From: an uncultured Bacteroidota bacterium
GTDB lineage: Bacteria > Bacteroidota > Bacteroidia > Bacteroidales > VadinHA17
Assembly (NCBI GenBank): GCA_963843415.1
Contig: CAWJKD010000002.1
Span: 322,400 to 386,399 of the forward strand
Length of the DNA: 64,000 nt
Reading direction: 5' to 3'
Made by a program: the position numbers and the translations under genes
Notes under the pieces: model-generated
What the model was told of the DNA's origin: nothing
Databases searched by the model: none
The model's input: only the letters and a program-made list of their open reading frames with translations
Shown here: positions 48,285 to 56,900 of the stretch, one piece after another
Numbering within the stretch: the first letter of the stretch is position 1
Layout of the letters: every line of letters begins with the position of its first letter

Positions 48285-49242
48285 CCGGTATAGTGCATCC
48301 TGCAATTTTAAAGCCTCTTAGGAATTCCGGAGTACTCATTCTCTTTTTGCCTTCAGTCTGGAGGCTTAAAATATTCACAAATCCGTTTTTGCAGGTGACT
48401 TTCAAAAAGGTCTTTCCATCAGAGACAATGATTCCCGGATTGATTGTCTGTCCGGAAATTTCAGGTTGACTTTCGAATATTTTAAATGAAATGGTTTCTT
48501 CTTTACACCTTAGAAATGATCTGGCGCAAGGATATGGTGCCAGTCCCCTTATCAGATTATGGATCTTAAATGGTTCATCATTCCAGTTGATAATACAATT
48601 TTCCGGGAAGATTTTAGGAGCCGGTTTTGGTAACTCTCCGGGTTTGAGGAATATTGATTGCAAATGTGGCTTCAGGCTATTATCAGCTAGGCTTTTCAGG
48701 GTTCTTATAACAAGTCTGGCACCAGTTTTCATCAGCCTGTTTTGAAGATCTCCGGCATTTTCAGAAGGAAATATCTGTACTTCTTCCCTGAGAAGAATAT
48801 TCCCTGTATCAATTTTCCCGTCGATGAAGAATGTTGTAACGCCGGTCGAAGTTTCTCCGTTTATTATAGCATGATTGATCGGAGCTGCTCCACGATAATG
48901 GGGTAAAAGTGAAGCATGGAGGTTGATTGTACCGTATTCAGGCATCTTCCACACAATTTCGGGGAGCATCCGGAATGCCACAACAACGAATATTTCAGCA
49001 TTCAGATCATTAAGGTTCTTAATAAATTCCGGATCTTTAAGATTATCAGGTTGAAGGATCGGCAGATTACTCATTTCTGCAAATTCTTTAACTGCGGATT
49101 TTGTTATTGTTTTCCCTCTTCCTGCAGGCTTATCTGGGGCGGTAACAACACCGGCTACATTAAAACCGTTCATAAGAAGCGCACCAAGTGTTGCCACAGC
49201 AAACTCAGGCGTGCCCATAAATACTATCCTGAGATTATTCAT
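48259..49242 (-). CDS. fmt: Methionyl-tRNA formyltransferase
   Basis: 327 aa with RIVFMGTPEFAV and NLHASLLPHYRGAAPI. Confidence 0.93.
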   Translation of the reverse strand: MNNLRIVFMGTPEFAVATLGALLMNGFNVAGVVTAPDKPAGRGKTITKSAVKEFAEMSNLPILQPDNLKDPEFIKNLNDLNAEIFVVVAFRMLPEIVWKMPEYGTINLHASLLPHYRGAAPINHAIINGETSTGVTTFFIDGKIDTGNILLREEVQIFPSENAGDLQNRLMKTGARLVIRTLKSLADNSLKPHLQSIFLKPGELPKPAPKIFPENCIINWNDEPFKIHNLIRGLAPYPCARSFLRCKEETISFKIFESQPEISGQTINPGIIVSDGKTFLKVTCKNGFVNILSLQTEGKKRMSTPEFLRGFKIAGCTIPVSQPGALF

Positions 49243-49283
49243 TAATGGATTGTTCCGGTTTCAGGACAAATCTATTAAAAATA

Positions 49284-50516
49284 TCAATCCTTGACAATAT
49301 GCTTGTAACAGGTAAGATTGTGGCCCATCTTATTAGCTTTTGTCTCTAGGTAGAATTGATTATGGGGATTGGATTCGATTATAAGAGGTATTGTTTCAAC
49401 AATCTTAATACCGTATCCTTCAAGGCCTGCTCTTTTGACAGGATTATTTGAGATCAGGCGCACTTTTCCCAGGCCGAGTTCTCTCATTATGCTGGCCCCT
49501 ACACCATAGTCCCTCTCATCTTCACCGAATCCAAGCTGCAGGTTTGCCTGGACAGTATCCATCCCTTCATCCTGGAGGCGATAAGCTTTTATTTTATTGA
49601 AAAGTCCGATACCCCGTCCTTCCTGGCTGAGATAAATAACCACACCCTTACCTTCTTTCTCAACCATTTCCATAGCCTTACGCAGCTGTTGCCCGCAGTC
49701 GCACCTCATCGATCCGAATATATCACCTGTAAAGCATGATGAATGGACACGCACGAGAACAGGTTCTTCTTTTGTCCATGTACCTTTAACAAGTGCGCCA
49801 TGTTCTAGCCCGTTGCTTGTTTGTCTGAAAGGTATGAAATCAAACTCGCCTCTGTCTGTTGGCAGTTTGACCTTTTCACCTTTTTCAATTATTGAATCTC
49901 TCTCGAGTTTAAATTTGATCAGGTCGCTGATGGAAATAATTTTTATTCCGAATTTCTTCCTTATTTTAATAAGGTCACTGAGTCTGGCCATAGAACCGTC
50001 GTCGTTCATTATCTCGACAAGTGCTCCTCCGGGGTTTAAACCGGCAAAACGTGTAAGGTCAACAACCGCTTCAGTATGACCGGCTCTTCTGAGGACACCT
50101 TTGGATTTTGATTTTAGAGGAAATATATGTCCCGGACGACCAAGATCTGATGGTTTAGTGGAAGGATTCACAAGGGCTTTAATTGTCAGAGCCCTGTCTT
50201 TTGTTGAAACACCTGTGGTAGTCTCCTCGCTTTTCAGGTCAACCGACACCGTGAACTGTGTTTCATGAAGTGAAGTGTTATTTCCAACCATAAGATTAAG
50301 GTCAAGCTCTTCGCATCTCTCCTCAGGAAGGGCTGCGCAAATTAATCCGCGTCCATGTTTTGCCATGAAGTTGACAATTTCCGGAGTTATAAGTTCGGCA
50401 GCACAGATAAAGTCGCCTTCATTCTCACGATCCTCGTCATCGACAACAATAAGAAGCCTGCCATTCTTAATGTCTTCAATAGCTTCTTCAATAGTGTTTA
50501 GTTTGTTATTAGCCAT
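49284..50516 (-). CDS. ribBA: Bifunctional 3,4-dihydroxy-2-butanone-4-phosphate synthase / GTP cyclohydrolase II
   Basis: 410 aa. The RibB block is [14 protein letters not shown]. The GCH II block is [23 protein letters not shown]...EGRGIGL. Confidence 0.93.
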   Translation of the reverse strand: MANNKLNTIEEAIEDIKNGRLLIVVDDEDRENEGDFICAAELITPEIVNFMAKHGRGLICAALPEERCEELDLNLMVGNNTSLHETQFTVSVDLKSEETTTGVSTKDRALTIKALVNPSTKPSDLGRPGHIFPLKSKSKGVLRRAGHTEAVVDLTRFAGLNPGGALVEIMNDDGSMARLSDLIKIRKKFGIKIISISDLIKFKLERDSIIEKGEKVKLPTDRGEFDFIPFRQTSNGLEHGALVKGTWTKEEPVLVRVHSSCFTGDIFGSMRCDCGQQLRKAMEMVEKEGKGVVIYLSQEGRGIGLFNKIKAYRLQDEGMDTVQANLQLGFGEDERDYGVGASIMRELGLGKVRLISNNPVKRAGLEGYGIKIVETIPLIIESNPHNQFYLETKANKMGHNLTCYKHIVKD

Positions 50517-52017
50517 CAGAATTATTATTCTTACCAGATTTTCTTATTCTTCCCTGAAAAAAAATCCTGTAAATATAGTCTTTAATCTTACGGAAGAATT
50601 GCAGATATGTATCAACATTCATAATTACCGAGTCGTTTGAAGCTTTATAAGTCAGAAAAATACCTACCGGCAGCAATATATATGAAGATGCCCACATTCC
50701 GGGAATATTCCCTATAACATTTTCTTCAACAAGCTTTTCTCCCGACAGTGAAATGACGTACCAGACCACAAAGAAAAAGATAGAGATTACCGATGGTGTT
50801 CCCAGTCCGCCTTTTCTTATGATAGCACCCAGCGGGGCTCCTATGAAGAAAAAAACAAGGCAGGCAAAAGGGAGGGTGAATTTTTTATGCCAGTCGATCT
50901 CATACTTTTTAATACCCCTTATTGTTATTTTCATCGTTTCAGTCTTTGATGAAACGTAATTGCTTGCCTCTCTTAATGTCTCAAGCGCCCTTTCAAGTAC
51001 CATTGTTTTGCTCTCCCTCCTGAGTGTGTCAAAAATAACAACTGAATTGAATTTTAATGATTCCCCAGGATAACTGGCACTGTCTGGTCTTAAGTAGTTT
51101 GGAATCGGATTTTGTTCTATATAGAATTTTGTATTTCTGAATTCCCTGTACTGCAAATCACCTTTTTCATTATAGTCTTTTGCGAGGGAGTCAGAGAAAT
51201 GTGAAAGTTGTTCCAGATTGAGCATCCAGGAAGTCGATTTGAACATATCATTACCGCTTCGCTCGAGGTCAAAACCGGTCAGAGAAAGCACTATAGTCTC
51301 TTCCTTGAAGCTATCTTTTCTGCTGGGAAATTTTTTATTGTCATACGCAACATTATTCTCTTCTATTTCATTATAAGTTCTGCCGTTATACAAAGTCATT
51401 ATCATGCCGGTTTCATCCGATGTGATCTTCATATATCCTGAGTCGGCATAGGTTACTGATACGTTCCCTTTATTGCTTCTGTGATCATAGATAAGGAGTT
51501 TATCGAGCCTGTTGGTTTCAGGATCTTTATAAGCTATTTTGATGCTGAATCCATCGATATCATTGTTAAATGTTCCGGCCTGAAGGTTTATGTCAGGGCG
51601 TTTGCGCCTGATATCGTAGAGAAGTAATCTGGCCTGCCGGTTGGAGTAGGGCAGGATATAGTTTGAAAATAGGAACGACACAAGTACCAGGAATGAAATA
51701 AGTATAATTAGTGGTTTCATTATTCTCTTCAGCGGGATGCCGGATGATTTCAGTGCTGTGAGTTCACTGAATTCCCCCATATTCCCGAATGTCATCAGTG
51801 CTGCAAGGAGGATCGCAAGAGGAAGGGCTGTCGGAACAAATGAAAGGCTGAACTGGAACAGGAGTTCGGCAAGTATATTTAGCTCGAGACCTTTTCCAGC
51901 AAGTTCATCGATATACATCCACAGGAACTGAAGGAGAAGTATTATAAGCACAATAAAAAATGTGAGTATAAGGGGACCTATGAATGATTTTATGACGAAT
52001 TTGTCGAGTTTCTTCAC
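50509..52017 (-). CDS. LptF/LptG family LPS export permease
   Basis: 502 aa. [33 protein letters not shown] is typical of YjgP/YjgQ. It has a large periplasmic loop and three C-terminal TM helices. Confidence 0.85.
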   Translation of the reverse strand: MKKLDKFVIKSFIGPLILTFFIVLIILLLQFLWMYIDELAGKGLELNILAELLFQFSLSFVPTALPLAILLAALMTFGNMGEFSELTALKSSGIPLKRIMKPLIILISFLVLVSFLFSNYILPYSNRQARLLLYDIRRKRPDINLQAGTFNNDIDGFSIKIAYKDPETNRLDKLLIYDHRSNKGNVSVTYADSGYMKITSDETGMIMTLYNGRTYNEIEENNVAYDNKKFPSRKDSFKEETIVLSLTGFDLERSGNDMFKSTSWMLNLEQLSHFSDSLAKDYNEKGDLQYREFRNTKFYIEQNPIPNYLRPDSASYPGESLKFNSVVIFDTLRRESKTMVLERALETLREASNYVSSKTETMKITIRGIKKYEIDWHKKFTLPFACLVFFFIGAPLGAIIRKGGLGTPSVISIFFFVVWYVISLSGEKLVEENVIGNIPGMWASSYILLPVGIFLTYKASNDSVIMNVDTYLQFFRKIKDYIYRIFFQGRIRKSGKNNNSDG

Positions 52018-52094
52018 CGTATGGAGAATTTGGATGCAAAACTACTTGATTTTTGGCAGAAAATATACGGGTTCAGGTCTTTTAACAATTTCAG

Positions 52095-52272
52095 GACGGC
52101 GCAACGGCGCAAGGGCGCAAAGGCGTAATGGCGTGAAGGCTTAATGGCTAATGGATATAAGCTCAGTCTTTATTTCATGATCCTTTTCTGATTGCCATAC
52201 ATGTGGCTCTGGAAAATTTCCAGTTGCACCGCTGAGCCGCTGCGCCGTTGCACCGTTGCACCGTCGCACCGT
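52095..52272. repeat. Two inverted arrays of degenerate 8-bp tandem repeats flanking an AT-rich spacer
   Basis: Left arm, 52095-52154: GCGCAACG GCGCAAGG GCGCAAAG GCGTAATG GCGTGAAG GCTTAATG GCTAATGG. Right arm, 52221-52272, read on the other strand: ACGGTGCG ACGGTGCA ACGGTGCA ACGGCGCA GCGGCTCA GCGGTGCA. Confidence 0.8.
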
Positions 52273-52646
52273 TATATCCCCAGAACCCTCTTAAGATCAG
52301 TGATCTGAGTATCCCAGAGATATATAGCATCATCTTTTTCCTCTGTTTCGGCGAAATCGATAATAATTAACGCGAGGCTGCCGCTGATCTCCTCAATTAT
52401 TATCCTGAATTCGAAATAGTTTGATTCTTTATCGGGGTTACCGAGCCATTCAAACCTCACAAATTTATTTTCCTTGAATGCTGATAATTTTGCTTTAGCT
52501 TCTGTTTTGCCCCATAAAAAAGTAAAGATATCACCATCAACATTAACGTCATCGGCAAACCATTCACAGAGTCCCTCGGGGGTACTGAGTCTTGAGAAGA
52601 GCACTTTGGGTGAGCAATTCAGCGTATATTCAAGTTCATACTTCAT
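52272..52646 (-). CDS. START-like / SRPBCC (AHSA1-like) domain protein
   Basis: 124 aa. MKYELEYTLNCSPKVLFSRLSTPEGLCEWFADDVNV resembles the Bacteroidota START-like family. The assignment is from memory of that pattern. Confidence 0.6.
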   Translation of the reverse strand: MKYELEYTLNCSPKVLFSRLSTPEGLCEWFADDVNVDGDIFTFLWGKTEAKAKLSAFKENKFVRFEWLGNPDKESNYFEFRIIIEEISGSLALIIIDFAETEEKDDAIYLWDTQITDLKRVLGI

Positions 52647-52738
52647 TTTAATCCTGGTATCAGATCTTTACTGAATCGCAATATAGAAAAAATATTGGTA
52701 GATAAAAAAATCTTATTGTTATTTAGCGTCAGACTCCT

Positions 52739-52746
52739 TATATTTG
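52739..52746 (+). promoter_or_regulatory. -7 promoter box TATATTTG upstream of tRNA-Met
   Basis: It matches TAnnTTTG and is the same octamer as the tRNA-Val promoter. It lies 76 nt upstream of the mature tRNA 5' end, which implies a GC-rich structured leader. Confidence 0.5.
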
Positions 52747-52821
52747 CACCCGCAAAAGTTCCGCCTCTGCCAAGGCTTCGGTTGGCGAATTCCTCCTTCG
52801 CTATAGCTACGGAGGACAAAA

Positions 52822-52895
52822 GGCGAGATAGCTCAGTTGGTTAGAGCGCATGATTCATAATCATGAGGTCCGGGGATCATTCCCCCGTCTCGCTA
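52822..52895 (+). tRNA. tRNA-Met (anticodon CAT, elongator-like) with an atypical T-loop
   Basis: GGCGAGATAGCTCAGTTGGTTAGAGCGCATGATTCATAATCATGAGGTCCGGGGATCATTCCCCCGTCTCGCTA folds as a cloverleaf.
- The D-arm and anticodon arm (CATGA-TTCATAA-TCATG) resemble elongator tRNA-Met.
- There is no GGG/CCC initiator anticodon stem.
- The T-loop reads ATCATTC instead of TTCRANN. Confidence 0.8.
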
Positions 52896-53066
52896 CACTG
52901 AAAATCAGTCACTTACAATGTTTGTAAAAAGTCATGACTTTTTTATTTTCATACAATTTTCATACAATTAGAGCTTATAATAGCCCATTTGGTACATAAC
53001 TCATTGTGTGTTTGGAATGACAAACTTGGTGCGTTTAGGTTATAGATTTCCCACTAAAGTCAAAAT

Positions 53067-53508
53067 TCAAAGGGTAATATTATACTTATTAAACCACTCA
53101 TAAAGACATACATCAAAGCTACCATTGATCTCGGTTATGACAGATATGCCAAGAGGTGTAAGTTTATAGCGGTTGTATCCTTTGATGATCTCAGCCAGTT
53201 GGATCATTCCTTTACTCTGAAGCGAGTTTAAGTAATACTTGATCTTACCAAGGTTATAATAACCGATATACTTCAGACAGCCATCCTGATGATATGCATG
53301 TGCTTTCATGCTTACAGTAAAGATAAATACCATTCAGGAAGATTATTTCATTAATTGATAGCTTGTATTTGCGTCTGAGTGGCTTAAGTCCTCGGAACAG
53401 GTTGTGTAAGATATAATGTACGTTAGTAGCAGGAATATTATATAGCTGAAGGTTATTTGAAGGTTGACCTGTGGTTGCGGAGTCCGTATCTTCTTGTTTG
53501 TTCGTCAT
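53067..53508 (-). pseudogene. Probable frameshifted winged-helix (MarR-like) DNA-binding protein gene
   Basis: ORFs 53254-53508 and 53067-53333 overlap by 80 nt in different frames. Joined, they read ...RRKYKLSINEIIFLNGIYLY.../...YHQDGCLKYIGYYNLGKIKYYLNSLQSKGMIQLAEIIKGYNRYKLTPLGISVI. That looks like one wHTH protein (recognition helix plus wing, RYKLTPLG). Confidence 0.4.
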
Positions 53509-53748
53509 AAATGCAAAGGTACTTCAATCTATTAACTTGTCTGAAATACCCTTTTTTCTGCTCTAGGCTGAAGATGTTTTTTAGAGAACAGGAACTGATT
53601 GATTATATTTTTTCTTTTGAGTGGTAAAAAAGAATTCTTATTTGAGGGATAGGGATATCGACAAATTGCACGTCCATTAAATTATCACCTCCCCAAATGA
53701 TAGGTCAAGTAACTGATGTTTTAATGTTTGGATTCTGATTTCATTATT

Positions 53749-53784
53749 CACTGGTTAAAGTTACTAAGCTAAAATTAACCAGTG
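53749..53784 (-). terminator. Hairpin downstream of the 53793 stop codon
   Basis: CACTGGTTAA...TTAACCAGTG has perfect 10-bp arms and a 16-nt loop. It lies 9 nt beyond the stop on the minus strand. Confidence 0.5.
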
Positions 53785-53792
53785 GTCTTAAT

Positions 53793-55040
53793 TCAGCGCG
53801 TTAATCCAGAGTAAAAAAAGTATGCCGTGACATTCTTGTTCCCATTCATCGTAATCGTCACCTGATTGGACGTCCCGGTCACATCGCCATCCCATCCGAC
53901 GAATGAATAGTTGTTTGCAGGATACGCCCTAAGCGTCACGTTCGTTCCAGCATTGTAGTAACTCTGGTCGGGTGACTTACCGACTACACCTCCATTTGTG
54001 GGTAAGACCGCAACAGTGAGGGTATAATGATTTATGCCTGCTGGTATAAACGGTTCATTGTTGCCATACTTTGTCCCTCCGCAATTAACTGCTTTTACTC
54101 TGTAATAATATTCGACATTTAATGAAAATTCTGTGATTGCTACCTCTGCATTTACTGCCAAGAGCTCTCCTGTCCCGGTTAGCGGGCTCTGGACAGCTGT
54201 TACTGTCTTATCCAATCCTAAGACATTTGTCCCGTATTCAAAAGTAACTGTAGTTGGGGAAAAACTTGCATTTACAGTTCCGTTAAATGTTACAGTTGTT
54301 CCACTATAGGTCTCAGAATTTGTTACTGCGGAAGGTTCGTAGCATGGATTGTGGAAAGGTATATTATTCCCAAAATTTATCCCAACACTATTTATGGCAT
54401 ATGCTCTCACATGGTAATCCTTGCCGGGCAGTAATCCTGAAATATAACTAGTGTAACTATCGTTTCCGGTTCCGTCAGATGTTTTATTGGTTAAATCCGG
54501 ATTTTCAATGGTTCCCCAGCAAACACCTTTTGCAGTAATTGCACTGCCCCCGTCATCAGTGATGTCTCCGCCTGAAGTTGCAGAATTATAAGCAAGATTA
54601 GAAATTGGTTTTGTCGAGAGCGTTGCTTTTGTGATAGCTTTTGTGGTAAATGAAATTTCATTACCGTAAGCTGTTCCATGATCATTAGTCGCGTAGGCTC
54701 TGACATAATATAAAGTATTTTCGGTCAATTGTGTCAGGCTGCCAGTAAAGGGGCCTATACCGGAACTATCAACATCAACACTGTATCTGTTGTCAGCTAT
54801 AGTCGGAGACGGATTTGTACTCCAGCAGACCCCGAGTTCTGAACAATCACAGAATCCTCCTCAATCATCAATTACTACTCCGCCACATAATGCACTGGTT
54901 CTTCCAATTTCAGTTGCCTGACTGGTCGTTACCATCGGAAGTGTATTACAGCAGGAACTGGCAAAAAACAATATTACCAGTTCCACCATAAAAAACACTC
55001 CTGAAAACTGATAAATGAACCTTTTTTTGAATGATTTCAT
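53793..55040 (-). pseudogene. Surface lipoprotein with repeated YYVRAYATN-type domains and a C-terminal InlB B-repeat (List-Bact) domain, interrupted by an in-frame TGA
   Basis: The ATG at 55040 gives MKSFKKRFIYQFSGVFFMVELVILFFASSCC (lipobox). The same frame continues ...LCGGVVIDD-TGA-GGFCDCSELGVCWSTNPSPT... into ORF 53793-54728. The TGA lies at 54861-54863. The C-terminus YTLTVAVLPTNGGVV...YSFVGWDGDVTG is InlB-B-repeat-like. Confidence 0.7.
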
Positions 55041-55258
55041 TGGTTAAGTATTTAGTATGAACATTGCCTAATGCTGTTTAGCTTAATTATTGAGCTATGA
55101 CGATCATTTCATTATGAAAAAAAATCTCCTAAGTGAATACACATTCACGATGACACCATAAATGGGTTTGTCATCGCTATTGTTTTCCTCAGCTGTCTGA
55201 AAAACACCCCACTTTTAGTTTATTTAAAATAAGTAAAGTTACCCCCCAAAAAGGCAAA

Positions 55259-55415
55259 AGTCAAATTTATTTTAGAATCATACCTTCTTTCATCCTGTAT
55301 AGGTACCGTGTAAGGGTATATTGTCGGGGTGATACCTTACTATCACCCGAGTCTTTTATGTCGACATAGGGGGGACACTGATAGGACACCTCAGGTAAAA
55401 AACCGGCAGGATGTT
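55259..55415 (-). repeat. 157-bp intergenic module, copy A (paralog of 56572-56728)
   Basis: It aligns to copy B without gaps. Conserved blocks are AGTCAAATTTATTTT, CTGTATA, GTGATAC-TTA-CTATCAC, TTATG-CGAC and TCAGGTAAAAAA-CGGCAGGATGTT. It contains a TAAATTTG -7 box on the minus strand at 55262-55269. Confidence 0.75.
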
Positions 55416-55634
55416 TCGTACGAAAGAAAAAATCCTCGGAGATGATTTCCGAGGGCTTGGTATAAGTCATTGTTAATTTAAAGCGGTATTTCCTATTTGT
55501 AAAACCTCATGCTAAAAGGGAATATGTCTCGCTGCTTGCTACATTAAATAGTATAAAAGGGAATGCTGCTAAGATTGAAATTATGGATTATTAGTATGCG
55601 ATGCCATTTAAAGCTGTTTGTCTGCTACTAATAC

Positions 55635-56492
55635 TTATTTTTTAGTAATAGTAACTAATACTCCATCCGGAGTGGTTTCTTGCATATAAATAGCCCCCAT
55701 ATAGTCAGCTGCCTTTTCACATATTACCCTGTAAAATGTCAGGTAATCATCGTAAGTTACGTTATATTGTGGACCCGCTTTTAATCCTGCAAGCATTTTA
55801 CTGACACTAAAAATAAGATGATTATTATCCTGTTCCTGGATTTTAAGTTTTCCTATCGGTACCACGGAACGCCAGAAACTTAATATACTATTCACAAAAC
55901 CGTTGTAACCGCTGGCTTGATTCCAGCTTTTCTTATATTGATCTCCTGTGAATCCGGCTAAATCTTCCACACTTTTTCCAAGCGATTTCGCATAATTTAT
56001 TGAGTTCAAAATATAAGGATCTGGATTAGAATAAGTAGAAGCTTGTATAGAATTCCGGTAAACTATTTTCCATGTGCCGTCATGTTTCTCCAGAAAATAA
56101 GTTATAAATTGTTCTCCCGTTAATTCACCATTAAGAGTTTCATTATCGTAAAGAATCCAGGCAGTTTCTCCATAAATTTTAATTCTGATGGGGGTTTTTA
56201 CTTGTTTCCGTACTTCCTTTTTATTGAGAACCTGTGGCTTCCAAATGGGAAGTATAGAATCCCAGCCGGATAGAATAGAAAATCCTGATTTAGACTCTAA
56301 TGTATATACAGCAGTCGAATCTTGAAGATAGAATGTACACCAGCGTTCAAAATCACTGGCGTAATATGCTGCCGTTTCTTCCTTAATGACAGCCATAATG
56401 GCTTCTTTTTCTTTTCCAAAGTCAATCTTTTCCTTACAGGAATAGTTGACGATATTAACAAATGCAATTAAAACTGTAATTACTTTTTTCAT
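55635..56492 (-). CDS. Lipoprotein with an N-terminal NTF2/SnoaL-like (DUF4440-like) domain and a C-terminal domain of unknown function
   Basis: The ATG at 56492 gives MKKVITVLIAFVNIVNYSC (lipobox). AVIKEETAAYYASDFERWCTFY...YGETAWILYD...HDGTWKIVY fits an NTF2-like fold pattern. The ORF-track start at 56549 is a TTG. Confidence 0.6.
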   Translation of the reverse strand: MKKVITVLIAFVNIVNYSCKEKIDFGKEKEAIMAVIKEETAAYYASDFERWCTFYLQDSTAVYTLESKSGFSILSGWDSILPIWKPQVLNKKEVRKQVKTPIRIKIYGETAWILYDNETLNGELTGEQFITYFLEKHDGTWKIVYRNSIQASTYSNPDPYILNSINYAKSLGKSVEDLAGFTGDQYKKSWNQASGYNGFVNSILSFWRSVVPIGKLKIQEQDNNHLIFSVSKMLAGLKAGPQYNVTYDDYLTFYRVICEKAADYMGAIYMQETTPDGVLVTITKK

Positions 56493-56571
56493 AATGCCGA
56501 AGATTAAAAGATTAAGAAAATTCTTTATCCAAGGAGTGATATTGATCAAATTTACGCTATTGAAAAGCCAT

Positions 56572-56728
56572 AGTCAAATTTATTTTGAAATCTTCCCGCG
56601 TATACTGTATATAGGGTTTATATAAGGCCATATACCCTCAAGTGATACTTAACTATCACTTGAACCTATTATGCCGACCCCTCACCCCTATACCAGGGAC
56701 ACATCAGGTAAAAAATCGGCAGGATGTT
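56572..56728 (-). repeat. 157-bp intergenic module, copy B (paralog of 55259-55415)
   Basis: It has the same length and block structure as copy A. It contains a TAAATTTG -7 box on the minus strand at 56575-56582, 83 nt upstream of the ATG at 56492. Confidence 0.75.
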
Positions 56729-56900
56729 ACTTGTGGAAAAAGAATGTTCTTTGCTTCCTATTTTAGATAAGAATAAAAGAATGCTTTTCTTAGGGTAGTG
56801 GGATAGATTATTCTGATCTCCTTCTGAAAGTGGTATCCCTGTAATAATAGTAATGACCTCTCTTGTGGATGTTTGTTTGTAACATGAAATTCAAAATACT

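Noticed and set aside
51962-52144. A 60-aa ORF ending ...SGRRNGARAQRRNGVKA.
   Set aside because: Its C-terminus is just the translation of the 8-bp tandem repeat array, and its N-terminus is antisense to the lptF/G start region.
54861-54863. Reading the in-frame TGA as evidence of an alternative genetic code (TGA as Gly or Trp) or of selenocysteine.
   Set aside because: TGA terminates several well-conserved genes at their expected ends in this window (for example 11385-11387, 32945-32947 and 46559-46561). I saw no obvious SECIS-like hairpin directly downstream.
55267-55470. A 67-aa minus-strand ORF in the 55041-55634 gap.
   Set aside because: It coincides with copy A of the 157-bp module. 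The equivalent frame in copy B (56572-56728) is interrupted by stops, although the DNA blocks are conserved. The conservation is therefore non-coding.
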